Below are positions 17,325 through 27,281 of a stretch of 64,000 nucleotides of DNA, in pieces. Both the position numbers and the translations under genes were made by a program. Below the pieces are notes generated by a model. The model worked only from the letters and a program-made list of their open reading frames with translations, ran no database searches and was not told where the DNA came from. This DNA is from an uncultured Sutterella sp. GTDB taxonomy: Bacteria; Pseudomonadota; Gammaproteobacteria; Burkholderiales; Burkholderiaceae_F. The stretch lies in the NCBI GenBank assembly GCA_900764215.1, contig CAAFNI010000008.1, forward strand, positions 1,618 to 65,617, read 5' to 3'. Position 1 is the stretch's first letter; every line of letters starts with the position of its first letter.

Positions 17325-18101
17325 ATGGAATTCACAGCAATGGCCATCCTGTCCAACACCGAATTCGGCATTCTCCGTCTGACCATCAGCCGTGCGCACA
17401 AGCGCAACAGCATCAACGCCGAAATGTTCGACACCATGACGGAGGCCCTCGCTCAGGCCGCCGCTGACGATGCCGTGCGAGTCGTTCTTCTGCAGGGAGG
17501 AGAGCAGATTTTCTCGGCCGGCGCCGACCTTGACGAGATGCGCGCTTCGCCGGATCTGCTCGACCGCGCCATGACGAACTTCTTCGCCGCCCTGCGCACA
17601 TTCCCCAAGCCTGTTGTTGCTCAAGTGATGGGGCCTTGCGTTGGCGACGCACTCTCGATGTTGCTCTACTGCGATCTGGTCTACGCCTCCGATCATGCAC
17701 TGTTCTCCCTGCCCTGCGTTGCCCTGGGACAAACGGCCCGTTTCGGTTCCGCCTACATCATGACCGCCGCTGCCGGCCTGCCCCGCGCAACCGAAAAGCT
17801 CATGCTCTCCGAGCCGATCACCGCTGCCGAAGCGCTCGACATGCGCATCATCACCGGCATTGCCGATGACGAAGCGCTCGACAATCTTGTCGCCTCCAAA
17901 GTCGCACGGCTCGCAGTACTGCCCCCTAATGCCGTGCAAGCCATGAAAGCTCTTCTCACGCACCCGCGCAACAAGGCCCTCGAAAGCCATATCGAGGAAG
18001 AGGAAGCCGTCTGGCGCCGGCAAGCCCGCTCCAGCGAAGCAGCCGAGGCCCTTGCCGCATTCCTTGAAGGCCGCAAGCCTGCCTTCCGACCCGCGGATTG
18101 A
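17325..18101 (+). CDS. Enoyl-CoA hydratase/isomerase (crotonase) family protein
   Basis: 258 aa with crotonase fold motifs (...FSAGADLDEM...). The start may instead be at M6 (17340). Confidence 0.8.
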   Translation: MEFTAMAILSNTEFGILRLTISRAHKRNSINAEMFDTMTEALAQAAADDAVRVVLLQGGEQIFSAGADLDEMRASPDLLDRAMTNFFAALRTFPKPVVAQVMGPCVGDALSMLLYCDLVYASDHALFSLPCVALGQTARFGSAYIMTAAAGLPRATEKLMLSEPITAAEALDMRIITGIADDEALDNLVASKVARLAVLPPNAVQAMKALLTHPRNKALESHIEEEEAVWRRQARSSEAAEALAAFLEGRKPAFRPAD

Positions 18102-18124
18102 CTTTTCCATCATCTCGCACCACA

Positions 18125-18156
18125 GCGCGCACCAAAATGGTGCGCGCTTTTTTTTG
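18125..18156 (+). terminator. Rho-independent terminator
   Basis: GCGCGCACC-AAAAT-GGTGCGCGC followed by nine T. Confidence 0.75.
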
Positions 18157-18386
18157 GTGCACGCCGCCATGACTTCATTGCGCACTCTTTGCTTTCGCCT
18201 AGTTACCCTTCACGAAGAATCCCGGCACCCCTCCATAACATTTACTCTGCCGCAGTCGTTTCAATGATCTAACTTCTTTACCTTAGTAGTTCTGGCATGG
18301 TACTTGCTACGGAAAAGAACAACACACCTGCGACCGTTCGTTTTGGTCACGGTTCCTTGCCAGACTTGATCTTCAGGAGTTCCACC

Positions 18387-19283
18387 ATGAAGCTTTCTCT
18401 TCCGCTTACCGGCCTGCTTTGCGCGGGCATGCTTTTCACCTCCGCCGTTTCCGCCGCCGAACTGACCGGCACGCTCAAGCGCATTCAGCACTCCGGCACC
18501 ATGACGCTCGGCTATCGCGAAGCTTCCGTTCCGTTCTCCTACCTTCAGGCCGACGGCACGCCCACAGGCTACGGCTTTGAGGTCTGCAAGGCCGTCAGCG
18601 AAGCCGTAAAGAAGGAACTCAACATGCCTAACCTGACGATCAAGTATCAGGCCGTCACCAGCGCCAACCGCATTCCGCTCATCCAGAACGGCACAGTTGA
18701 CATTGAATGCGGCTCCACGACGAACTCCAAGGCCCGTCAGCGCGAAGCCGGTTTCGGCATCAACTACTTTGGCGTTCAGGTCACTGCCGCTGTTTGGAAG
18801 GACTCCGGCATCAACGCCATCAAGGATCTTCATAACAAGAATGTCGCCGTCACTTCCGGCACCACTGCCGTCGCGTTGCTCAAGCAGTTTGAAAAGGACA
18901 ACGGCATCAAGATCCGCTACCTGATGACGAAGGACTTCGCCGAAGCCATGCAGCTCGTCGCCAAGAAGCGCGCTGCCGCCTTCGTGATCGACGATGTGTT
19001 ACTCGCAGGACAGATTTCCAATCTGCCCAATGCTCAGGACTTCAAGATCGTGGACGCCTCTCTGTCCGTCGAACCCTACGCTCCGATGTTCGCCAAGGAC
19101 GACCCCGCCTTCAAGGCTCTTGTTGACAAAACCATCGTCGGCATGATGAAGGATGGCACGCTCGACAAGCTCTACAAGAAGTGGTTCGAATCTCCGATTC
19201 CGCCCAAGAACGCCAACCTCAACTTCCCGATGAACAGCGTTACGAAGGAACTCTTCGCCAACCCGAACAGCGACGGCATTTAA
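18387..19283 (+). CDS. Glutamate/aspartate-type amino-acid ABC transporter substrate-binding protein
   Basis: Start at MKLSLPLTG with signal peptide and SD AGGAGT. Type 3 periplasmic binding protein fold. Followed by two permeases and an ATPase. Confidence 0.8.
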   Translation: MKLSLPLTGLLCAGMLFTSAVSAAELTGTLKRIQHSGTMTLGYREASVPFSYLQADGTPTGYGFEVCKAVSEAVKKELNMPNLTIKYQAVTSANRIPLIQNGTVDIECGSTTNSKARQREAGFGINYFGVQVTAAVWKDSGINAIKDLHNKNVAVTSGTTAVALLKQFEKDNGIKIRYLMTKDFAEAMQLVAKKRAAAFVIDDVLLAGQISNLPNAQDFKIVDASLSVEPYAPMFAKDDPAFKALVDKTIVGMMKDGTLDKLYKKWFESPIPPKNANLNFPMNSVTKELFANPNSDGI

Positions 19284-19300
19284 ATCCAAGCCTTTACGGT

Positions 19301-19342
19301 CCCCGGGGCATCAGCTAGCAATCATGCCCCGGGGATCCCTTT
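19301..19342 (+). terminator. Intercistronic hairpin (possible attenuating terminator) between the binding-protein and permease genes
   Basis: CCCCGGGGCAT-N12-ATGCCCCGGGG (11-bp perfect stem) followed by ATCCCTTTT. Confidence 0.4.
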
Positions 19343-19378
19343 TAGATTTAATTCCCCAAAATAAGAGGAACTTCCGCC

Positions 19379-20113
19379 ATGGCACTGAACATGACCCTCA
19401 ACACTCTCTGGGAAACCTCCCTGTTGAGTGATGACCCTTGGTGGCTTTATCTCGTCTACGGCGCCGGCTGGACCATCAGTCTCGCCGTCGCCTCCTTCAT
19501 GCTTGCCCTTGCGCTCGGCACGGTCGTCGGCACTCTTCGAACCGTCGACAACAAGTGGGTGCGAGGTATCTGTGAAGGGTGGATTGAGCTCTTCCGCAAC
19601 ATTCCCCTCATCGTCCAGATCTTCATTTGGTACTTTGTCATCCCGGAACTGATTCCGCCCTACAAGGACTGGATGATTGAGGCCGATCCCGTCACCAGCC
19701 AGTTCCTTTCGGCCTTCCTCTGCATGGGCCTCTTCACCTCATCACGCATTGCCGAACAGGTGCGAGCCGGCATCACGTCCATCCCGTCCGGGCTTCCCAA
19801 TGCCGCTCGCGCCCTCGGTTTTACGGCCCTCCAGCGCTATCGCTTCATCATCCTGCCCATGGCATTCCGTCTCGTGTTGCCGCCGCTGACGAGTGAAGCG
19901 ATGAACCTCATCAAGAACACGGCCGTAGCCATGACGATAGGCCTGCCCGAACTCACCATGCGCGCCAATGAAATGGGCGAAGCCACCTTCCAATTCTTCG
20001 CCGCCTATCTCTGGGCGACGGTTCTCTACATCGCCATCGCGCTGTGCGTCAACCGTCTGATGGCCTGGATGGAATCGCGTTGTGCGATTCCCGGCTTCAT
20101 CGCCGCCAAGTAA
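19379..20113 (+). CDS. Amino-acid ABC transporter permease (GltJ-like)
   Basis: 244 aa, multi-TM, EAA-like permease motif region; part of the operon. Confidence 0.85.
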   Translation: MALNMTLNTLWETSLLSDDPWWLYLVYGAGWTISLAVASFMLALALGTVVGTLRTVDNKWVRGICEGWIELFRNIPLIVQIFIWYFVIPELIPPYKDWMIEADPVTSQFLSAFLCMGLFTSSRIAEQVRAGITSIPSGLPNAARALGFTALQRYRFIILPMAFRLVLPPLTSEAMNLIKNTAVAMTIGLPELTMRANEMGEATFQFFAAYLWATVLYIAIALCVNRLMAWMESRCAIPGFIAAK

Positions 20114-20128
20114 GCAAAGGAGTCGGTC

Positions 20129-20812
20129 ATGGATTTCACTTCGATTACGAACAGCTGGGGCTACATTCTTTCCGGCGCCGCCTACACGATTCAGCTCACG
20201 GCAATCACGGCTGTCGGCGGTCTTTTCCTCGGAACCCTGCTCGCTCTTTGCCACATTTCCGAAAAACGCTGGCTCTCCGCTCCCGCAAAGCTCTACATCA
20301 ATCTGATGCGAGCCGTGCCCCTGGTGCTTGTGCTTTTCTGGTACTTCCTTCTGATGCCTGAAGTTCTGCGCGTCATCCTAGGGCTTGACCACCCGGTGAA
20401 GATCGGCGCCGAAATGACGGCCATCATCACATTCGTGCTCTTTGAAGCCGCCTACTTCGCTGAAATCATGCGTGCGGGCATCCAGTCCGTGAAAAAAGGG
20501 CAGATCCAGGCCGCATACGGACTTGGGTTATCCTATGCTCAGACCATGCGGCACGTCGTGCTTCCTCAGGCAATCCGCCACATGTTGCCCGTGCTTCTGA
20601 CGCAGACAATCATTCTCTTTCAGGACACAAGTCTCGTCTACGTCATCAGCGGCAACGACTTCATGGGATCAGTCTCCAAGATCGCCCAGCGTGACGGACA
20701 GCTTGTTTTGATGTACTCTTTTGCTGCTGTCTGTTATCTTGCCGTCTCCTTGTCCCTCTCCCTGCTGATTCGTCGACTTCAGGCGAGAATGCGAACGGCT
20801 CAGGCTCACTAA
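20129..20812 (+). CDS. Amino-acid ABC transporter permease (GltK-like)
   Basis: 227 aa, multi-TM His/Glu/Gln/Arg/opine family permease. Confidence 0.85.
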   Translation: MDFTSITNSWGYILSGAAYTIQLTAITAVGGLFLGTLLALCHISEKRWLSAPAKLYINLMRAVPLVLVLFWYFLLMPEVLRVILGLDHPVKIGAEMTAIITFVLFEAAYFAEIMRAGIQSVKKGQIQAAYGLGLSYAQTMRHVVLPQAIRHMLPVLLTQTIILFQDTSLVYVISGNDFMGSVSKIAQRDGQLVLMYSFAAVCYLAVSLSLSLLIRRLQARMRTAQAH

Positions 20813-20838
20813 AAAATTTAAACAGGATATCCCCCATC

Positions 20839-21573
20839 ATGGCAATGATCGAAATCAAGAACATCAGCAAGTGGTACGGCAACTTTCAGGTGCTGAAGGA
20901 TTGCTCCGTTGATGTTGAAAAGGGCGAAGTCGTCGTGGTCTGCGGACCGTCCGGCTCCGGCAAGTCCACCCTCATCAAGACCGTCAACGCGCTCGAACCC
21001 TTCCAGAAGGGTGAAATCATCGTAGACGGCATCTCGGTAGGAGATCCGAAGACGAACCTTCCCCAGTTGCGCAGCCGTGTCGGCATGGTGTTTCAGCACT
21101 TCGAACTCTTCCCGCACCTCTCCATTCGTGAAAACCTCGTTCTTGCCCAGATGAAGGTGTTGGGCCGCGGCCGGGAAGAAGCCACCGAGCGCGGTCTAAA
21201 GCTCCTCGACCGCGTCGGCCTGCTCAAGCATGCCGATAAGTTCCCGGGCCAGATGTCCGGCGGCCAGCAGCAGCGCGTGGCCATTGCCCGCGCCTTGGCC
21301 ATGGATCCGATCTGCATGCTCTTTGACGAACCGACGTCCGCTCTCGACCCGGAAATGATCAATGAAGTGCTTGACGTGATGGTTCAGCTGGCCAAGGAAG
21401 GCATGACCATGATGGTCGTCACCCACGAAATGGGCTTCGCCCGCAAGGTGGCCGACCGTGTGATCTTCATGGACGCCGGCGAAATCATCGAAAACCTCCC
21501 CGCCCAGGAATTCTTCAATTCGCCTCACACCGAACGCGCCCAGCAGTTCCTCTCCAAGATTCTGCAGCACTGA
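20839..21573 (+). CDS. Amino-acid ABC transporter ATP-binding protein (GltL-like)
   Basis: Walker [10 protein letters not shown], signature [15 protein letters not shown], Walker [12 protein letters not shown]. Confidence 0.9.
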   Translation: MAMIEIKNISKWYGNFQVLKDCSVDVEKGEVVVVCGPSGSGKSTLIKTVNALEPFQKGEIIVDGISVGDPKTNLPQLRSRVGMVFQHFELFPHLSIRENLVLAQMKVLGRGREEATERGLKLLDRVGLLKHADKFPGQMSGGQQQRVAIARALAMDPICMLFDEPTSALDPEMINEVLDVMVQLAKEGMTMMVVTHEMGFARKVADRVIFMDAGEIIENLPAQEFFNSPHTERAQQFLSKILQH

Positions 21574-21598
21574 TCATTCAACGCTCCGGTTTCACAAG

Positions 21599-21633
21599 CC
21601 CCGTCGCTCCTCCGGCGGGGTTTTGTCATTTTT
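21599..21633 (+). terminator. Terminator after the ABC operon
   Basis: CCCCGTCG-CTCCTC-CGGCGGGG followed by TTTTGTCATTTTT. Confidence 0.5.
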
Positions 21634-21655
21634 ACCAACTGTCATTTTTACCAAC
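21624..21655 (+). repeat. Perfect 16-bp tandem direct repeat TGTCATTTTTACCAAC x2 upstream of kdsD
   Basis: Read directly: ttTGTCATTTTTACCAACTGTCATTTTTACCAACcc, about 70 bp upstream of the kdsD start. Confidence 0.8.
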
Positions 21656-21724
21656 CCTCAGCGCCATAGCACGGGTTATCATTAGTCGGTTGTACAGCTT
21701 TTTTTAGCAAAGAAGGACCGCCAA

Positions 21725-22714
21725 ATGAGCAACACTCTTGCATTCGATGCCGCGTCAGCTCTCCAGCTCGGGCAGGAAGTTCTGACCCAGGAGGCCGATG
21801 CACTTACGCACCTGGCTTCGACACTCGGCAACGAATTCACGAACGCCGTTTCGCGCATTCTCTCCTGCAAGGGGCGTCTGATCGTGTCCGGCGTGGGAAA
21901 GTCCGGCCACATCGGCCGCAAGCTTGCCGCCACCTTTGCCTCCACGGGCACGCCCGCCTACTTTGTGCATGCCGCTGAAGCCGCTCACGGCGACCTTGGC
22001 ATGATCACGGCCGATGACGTCGTGCTCGCCATCTCATACTCTGGCGAAACAAACGAACTTCTCACCATCGTCCCCACACTCAGGCGAGAGGGGGCGACGC
22101 TCATCGCCATCACGGGAAATCCGAACTCCAGTCTTGCGTTGCATGCCGACGTGCATCTGAACTGTCATGTCAAGCGCGAGGCTTGCCCGCTCAATCTAGC
22201 TCCCACGACCTCCACAACCGCTACGCTCGCACTCGGCGATGCCCTTGCCGTTGCGACGCTCTCCGCCAAGGGCTTCACCAAGGAAGACTTCGCACGCAGT
22301 CATCCAGGCGGTGCTCTAGGCCGTCGCCTGCTCATCCACGTTCAGGACATCATGCGCACAGGCGCCGACATTCCCGCCGTCCGTGAAGAAGTCGGAGTGC
22401 TGGAAGCTGTTCGCGAGATCACGAAGAAGCATATCGGCATGACTGCCGTCGTCGACGATGCAGGCCGCGTGACCGGGATCTTTACCGAAGGCGACCTCCG
22501 ACGCCTCATTGAGCGTCTCGGAGACATCCGCCCGTGCGTCATGAAGGACGTGATGATCCGAAATCCGAAGACCATCCGAGCCCAGGAGCTGGCCGCCTCC
22601 GCCGTCAAGCTCCTCGACACCTTCCACTGCAATCAGCTGCTCGTCGTTGACGAGGACAACAGGCTCATCGGCGCCCTGCACCTGCACGATCTGATGACCG
22701 CGAAAGTTCTTTGA
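21725..22714 (+). CDS. kdsD: Arabinose-5-phosphate isomerase (KpsF/GutQ family; SIS + tandem CBS)
   Basis: SIS motif VSGVGKSGHIGRKLAATFASTGTPA; C-terminal CBS pair. Followed by kdsC and lptCAB. Confidence 0.9.
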   Translation: MSNTLAFDAASALQLGQEVLTQEADALTHLASTLGNEFTNAVSRILSCKGRLIVSGVGKSGHIGRKLAATFASTGTPAYFVHAAEAAHGDLGMITADDVVLAISYSGETNELLTIVPTLRREGATLIAITGNPNSSLALHADVHLNCHVKREACPLNLAPTTSTTATLALGDALAVATLSAKGFTKEDFARSHPGGALGRRLLIHVQDIMRTGADIPAVREEVGVLEAVREITKKHIGMTAVVDDAGRVTGIFTEGDLRRLIERLGDIRPCVMKDVMIRNPKTIRAQELAASAVKLLDTFHCNQLLVVDEDNRLIGALHLHDLMTAKVL

Positions 22715-22736
22715 TTCATCCTTCGAGAGAGTTGTC

Positions 22737-23270
22737 ATGACCACAGTAACTGAGCGTGCGGCCCGCATCAAAATGGTCGTTCTCGACATCGACGGCGTGA
22801 TGAGCGACGGCACAATCAACGTCTCGGGCACCGGAGAGCTCTACAAGAGCTTTTACGTCCGCGACGGACTCGGCATCAAGATGCTGCAAAAGCACGGCAT
22901 TGAGATCGCCATCATCACCGGACGCACTTCTGACATCGTTGCACAACGCATGAAGGAGCTCGGCATCACCCGCATCTCGCAGGGCCAGCGCTTCAAGACC
23001 ACTGCCTACGAGGCTCTTCTTGAAGAGACCGGGCTCACCGACGAGCAGGTCGCCTATATGGGTGACGACGTACCCGACCTGCCGCTCCTGATGCGTTCCG
23101 GCCTCTCCACGACTCCGGCCGACGGCAACCCTGAGGTTTTGAACTATACTCACTGGCAGTCCCGCTTCCCCGGCGGCCGAGGTGCCGTCAGAGAGCTGTC
23201 CGAACTTATCCTCAAATCCCAGGGCGCATGGGATACACTCGTGCACGCCACCTACGTCCTCGGCAGATAA
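22737..23270 (+). CDS. kdsC: 3-deoxy-D-manno-octulosonate-8-phosphate phosphatase
   Basis: HAD motif VVLDIDGVMSDG; MGDDVPDLP motif; 177 aa. Confidence 0.9.
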   Translation: MTTVTERAARIKMVVLDIDGVMSDGTINVSGTGELYKSFYVRDGLGIKMLQKHGIEIAIITGRTSDIVAQRMKELGITRISQGQRFKTTAYEALLEETGLTDEQVAYMGDDVPDLPLLMRSGLSTTPADGNPEVLNYTHWQSRFPGGRGAVRELSELILKSQGAWDTLVHATYVLGR

Positions 23271-23896
23271 TGATTCACCGCAGCCTAGTCCTCCGCGAAC
23301 GCATCACCGCTATCATCGGCGCTGCTCTGCTGTTGTTGCTCGTCGGCGCAAGCTACTATTACTCGATTCAGACGCGCATCGAAACACTGAAATACATTCC
23401 TAGCGAAACGAGCCCCGACTTTTCAGCTCGCCGCGTCACGCTGACCGACTTTGACGGACGAGGCATTGCAAAGGCCCGTCTCGCCGCCAGCACGATGGAG
23501 CACTTTTCAGACGAACGCATGCGCGCTACGGACGCCAGCTACCATTCCCTTGATCCCGCGAAGCCGCAGCTCTCCCTTATTGGGAATCGTGCCTGGAGCA
23601 ACGACAGTCTCGAGACAATAGAGCTCGAAGGGAACGTGCAGCTGCGTCGAGCTCCCTTTGAGGACGAACCGGTTCTCTTTTTCACAACCGAATACGTAAA
23701 GGGATACCTCGACACCTATCAGTTCGAGACCGACAGGAAGGTCTACATGCGCCGCGGCATCGACACCACGGAAGCCTCAAACGGCATGAAGTACAACAAC
23801 ATCCTGCATACCGTCGAACTAGAAGGCGACGTCGTCTCTGTCTTCCATCCCAACGCGCAGTCCACCGACCATTCCGTCAACGCACCCCAAAAATGA
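23270..23896 (+). CDS. lptC: LPS export system protein LptC
   Basis: Start at MIHRSLVL, overlapping the kdsC stop by 1 nt. Single N-terminal TM then a periplasmic beta-jellyroll. Sits in the conserved position. Confidence 0.75.
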   Translation: MIHRSLVLRERITAIIGAALLLLLVGASYYYSIQTRIETLKYIPSETSPDFSARRVTLTDFDGRGIAKARLAASTMEHFSDERMRATDASYHSLDPAKPQLSLIGNRAWSNDSLETIELEGNVQLRRAPFEDEPVLFFTTEYVKGYLDTYQFETDRKVYMRRGIDTTEASNGMKYNNILHTVELEGDVVSVFHPNAQSTDHSVNAPQK

Positions 23897-24462
23897 AGAA
23901 GTTTATCGTTTTCAGCATCCTTGCCGTCATCGCCGCGCCGACCTGGGCCCTGAGCACAGACAAAAACCAGCCCATCGAAGTTCATGCCGACAAGTTCAAC
24001 GGCGACGAAGTCAAGCAGACCGCCGTTTACTACGGCAACGTCGTCGTCGACCAGGGTTCGATGAACCTTACCGGCGCCCGTCTTGACCTTGCGATCACGC
24101 CCAAGGGCTACCGTCGCGCCACGATCACAGGCTCCCCAGCCCGATTCAAGCAGCAGCGCGATCCGAAGACAAAAGGCGTCGAAGAGTGGGTGCACGCGCA
24201 TGCAAGCCGCATCACCTACGACGAAGAGACGGACAAGATCACGCTTGAAGGCAAGGCTCAACTTTCGCGAAGTGAAAACGGCCAGCAGAAAGACATGACC
24301 AGCGGCGAACGCATCGTCTACGACATGCGCAACGCCCGATCCGAAGTCCACAGCGGTGAAGGCAAGCGCGTCACGACAATCATCGCCCCCCGTTCCAAAA
24401 CTGACTCCAACGCGCAGCGTCAGGGCGCATCTCTTTCCAACTCCACCAAGCTTCAGCAGTAA
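23893..24462 (+). CDS. lptA: LPS transport periplasmic protein LptA
   Basis: Signal peptide MKKFIVFSILAVIAAPTWA; OstA-like fold; ATGA overlap with lptC. Confidence 0.85.
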   Translation: MKKFIVFSILAVIAAPTWALSTDKNQPIEVHADKFNGDEVKQTAVYYGNVVVDQGSMNLTGARLDLAITPKGYRRATITGSPARFKQQRDPKTKGVEEWVHAHASRITYDEETDKITLEGKAQLSRSENGQQKDMTSGERIVYDMRNARSEVHSGEGKRVTTIIAPRSKTDSNAQRQGASLSNSTKLQQ

Positions 24463-24474
24463 CAGGACATCAGC

Positions 24475-25248
24475 GTGACAGAAAACGCACAAGTTAATCA
24501 TCTCCGCACCCATACGCTCGAGGCAACGGGCCTCAAGAAGCACTACGGACCGCGCAATGTCGTCAAGGGCGTCAACCTCGCCGTCAAGTCGGGTGAAGTG
24601 GTGGGGTTGCTCGGCAAAAACGGCGCAGGCAAGACGACAACCTTCTACATGGTCGTCGGTCTTGTCGTTGCCGATGACGGCAAGATTCAACTCGACGGAC
24701 AAGACATCACGCACATGCCCATCTACAAACGTGCGCGCATGGGGCTCTCCTATCTGCCTCAGGAGGCTAGCGTCTTCCGCAAACTCTCCGTTGAAGACAA
24801 CATCCGAGCCATTCTCGAACTCCAAGTGGGCGACGACGGCAAGCCATTGCCGAAGAACGTGATCGAAGCCCGCCTCAACCAGCTGCTAGAGGAGCTTCAG
24901 ATCCAGCACCTGCGCACCAACCAGGCCATTTCGCTTTCGGGCGGCGAGCGCCGCCGCACGGAAATCGCCCGCGCCCTTGCCGCCAATCCTCGCTTCATTC
25001 TGCTCGATGAACCGTTCGCCGGCGTCGACCCTATTGCCGTCATCGAGATTCAGCGAATCGTGCGCTTCCTCAAGGAACGCAACATCGGAGTCCTGATCAC
25101 CGATCACAACGTCCGTGAAACGCTCTCAATCTGCGACCACGCCTACATCATCAACGAAGGCGAGGTGCTCGCATCAGGCACTCCGGTTGAACTCGTCAAC
25201 GACCAAGCGGTACGCAAGATCTATCTCGGCGAAAACTTCCGAATGTAA
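24475..25248 (+). CDS. lptB: LPS export ABC transporter ATP-binding protein LptB
   Basis: [21 protein letters not shown] nearly identical to E. coli Lpt[22 protein letters not shown]; LSGGERRR signature. GTG start. Confidence 0.9.
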   Translation: MTENAQVNHLRTHTLEATGLKKHYGPRNVVKGVNLAVKSGEVVGLLGKNGAGKTTTFYMVVGLVVADDGKIQLDGQDITHMPIYKRARMGLSYLPQEASVFRKLSVEDNIRAILELQVGDDGKPLPKNVIEARLNQLLEELQIQHLRTNQAISLSGGERRRTEIARALAANPRFILLDEPFAGVDPIAVIEIQRIVRFLKERNIGVLITDHNVRETLSICDHAYIINEGEVLASGTPVELVNDQAVRKIYLGENFRM

Positions 25249-25253
25249 TCCTT

Positions 25254-26687
25254 ATGGAAACTCATCTCCTCGCCACACTCTCTCAGCAGCAGGTTCTCTC
25301 TCAGGAGCAGCAGCAGTCGCTGCGCATTCTGCAGATGCCGACGCAGGAACTGTTGGGTGAAATCGATCTCATGCTTGAGTCCAATCCTTTGTTAGAAGCG
25401 GAAGAACCTTCTCAGCCCGCTCCTGGCGACGGAGGAACGCAAGGAAAGGAGCGTGAGGACAATCGGGATGACCGTGACGAGGACGATTCCGAGTTTGACG
25501 CCGGACAGGCCGAAACTCCCGTCGATCAACCCTATGAGACTTGGCAAGGCGCACCTTTGGACGAAGCTCCCTTTGAGCGCATCCCTGCTCCCGAATCCTT
25601 CCGAGACGACCTGCTCGCCGATCTCGGCTGCCTGCCGCTCACTCAGCGCCAACATCTGTTGCTCGCCTGCATCGTCGAGGAACTTGACGATCGAGGCTTC
25701 TTTACATCTCCATTCGAGACGCTCACCCGCAGCTATGCACGCATTCTCAAGGAAGAAGGCGTTGAAAACGTAACGGCAACCGAATGGCGCGAAGCACTGG
25801 CCGTCCTGCAGGGCATGGATCCTCCCGGCATCGGCACTGCGGGACCTGTTGAAGCCCTCCTGAAGCAAATAGACCGCATAGATCCCGTCACGATGCACGC
25901 CTCGTCGCTCGAAACGCTCAAGCGCATTGTTGCCCGCCATCTTGACAAGGTGGCGGCCGACAATCGTTCGGCGTTGCTCAAGCTTGCCGGCGGAAAGTCC
26001 GCAATTCTCGACGAGGCACTCCGCACGCTGCGAACCCTGTCACCCTATCCAATCGCGCGCGAGGCCAATACGCTCTACATTGTTCCGGACGTCGTCGTAA
26101 GAACACAGAACGGCGTGAGCACGGCACATCTCAACGCCTCCTCTCACCCTCGCCTTCGCCTCCGATCCGAGACCGCGCAAAGCGAAATCTCCTCCTCGAG
26201 CCGTCGGATTCTCATGGGAGAGGCCAAAGCATTTATTCAGCGCCTTGAGGCGCGTCGCGCCACACTTCAGCGCCTCGCCGATGCCATCGTCGCGCGTCAG
26301 CAGGGCTACTTCGAATGCGGTCCCGCCTCATTGCGGCCGATGACGCTCAGCCAGATTGCCGAAGAACTCGGCCTCTCCGTCCCTACGGTCTCCAGAGCCG
26401 TTTCCGGCAAGTTCATCGCCTGCCGTCAGGGCACGGTCGAAATGCGCTCGCTTTTCAGCTCCGTCTCCTTCAGCAATCAGAGCGGCAACGCCGAAGAACA
26501 GGGAGCATCGGAAATTCAAGCTCTGATCCGCAAGCTTATTGAAGCCGAAGATCCCAGACACCCCCTTTCGGACGAGATGCTCTGTGAACTGCTCCAGAAA
26601 AAAGGCGTGCCCATCGCCCGACGCACTGTCGCCAAATACCGCACCTGTGCCGGCATACCCTCGGCCCGCTCTCGCCGAAAGCTCTGA
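25254..26687 (+). CDS. rpoN: RNA polymerase sigma-54 factor
   Basis: N-terminal Gln/Leu-rich region I; C-terminal RpoN box ARRTVAKYR; HTH region. Confidence 0.95.
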   Translation: METHLLATLSQQQVLSQEQQQSLRILQMPTQELLGEIDLMLESNPLLEAEEPSQPAPGDGGTQGKEREDNRDDRDEDDSEFDAGQAETPVDQPYETWQGAPLDEAPFERIPAPESFRDDLLADLGCLPLTQRQHLLLACIVEELDDRGFFTSPFETLTRSYARILKEEGVENVTATEWREALAVLQGMDPPGIGTAGPVEALLKQIDRIDPVTMHASSLETLKRIVARHLDKVAADNRSALLKLAGGKSAILDEALRTLRTLSPYPIAREANTLYIVPDVVVRTQNGVSTAHLNASSHPRLRLRSETAQSEISSSSRRILMGEAKAFIQRLEARRATLQRLADAIVARQQGYFECGPASLRPMTLSQIAEELGLSVPTVSRAVSGKFIACRQGTVEMRSLFSSVSFSNQSGNAEEQGASEIQALIRKLIEAEDPRHPLSDEMLCELLQKKGVPIARRTVAKYRTCAGIPSARSRRKL

Positions 26688-26752
26688 TTTCCCATTTGGT
26701 ACACTGAACGAAGTTCTCGACTAGACGGCTCCCTCAGGCCGCCCGACGCGCC

Positions 26753-27256
26753 ATGAATCTTCTCGCTCCCCTGCTTACTCTTGAAACCGTTCGCCTTAAT
26801 CTGGACGTCGTGAGCCGCAAGCGCCTCTATGAAGAGGCCGGGCTCGTCTTCGAAACCTCCGCCGGCCTTTCCCACACGGAGGCCTTTGACGCACTCTTTG
26901 CGCGCGAAAAACTCGGATCCACCTGTCTTGGCAGCGGTTGCGCGCTTCCGCACGGTCGTCTCGAGGCCATTGCCGAACCGGCCGCCGTTTTTCTGAGAAC
27001 CGCCGCGCCGCTCTCGCTCGATGCCCCCGATGGCCGCCCCGTTCAGCTGTTCCTCTGCCTGCTCATTCCTGAAAACGATGACGGCATGTATCTGAAGATA
27101 CTGCGCGAGGCCGCCAGTCTCTTCAGCAATAAGCCGCTCAAGAATGCTCTGCTCCACGCAAAATCAGAGATTGAGGTTTGCGAGCTCATTCACAACTGGA
27201 CGCCTCCCTCCGATCTTCACTACGAGCAGGATTTTTCCGACGAGGAAGACATCTGA
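26753..27256 (+). CDS. ptsN: PTS IIA-like nitrogen regulatory protein PtsN (EIIA-Ntr)
   Basis: 167 aa; active-site GCALPHGR; conserved position after rpoN. Confidence 0.9.
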   Translation: MNLLAPLLTLETVRLNLDVVSRKRLYEEAGLVFETSAGLSHTEAFDALFAREKLGSTCLGSGCALPHGRLEAIAEPAAVFLRTAAPLSLDAPDGRPVQLFLCLLIPENDDGMYLKILREAASLFSNKPLKNALLHAKSEIEVCELIHNWTPPSDLHYEQDFSDEEDI

Positions 27257-27281
27257 CCAACGCCCATACGGAGGCAACGCC

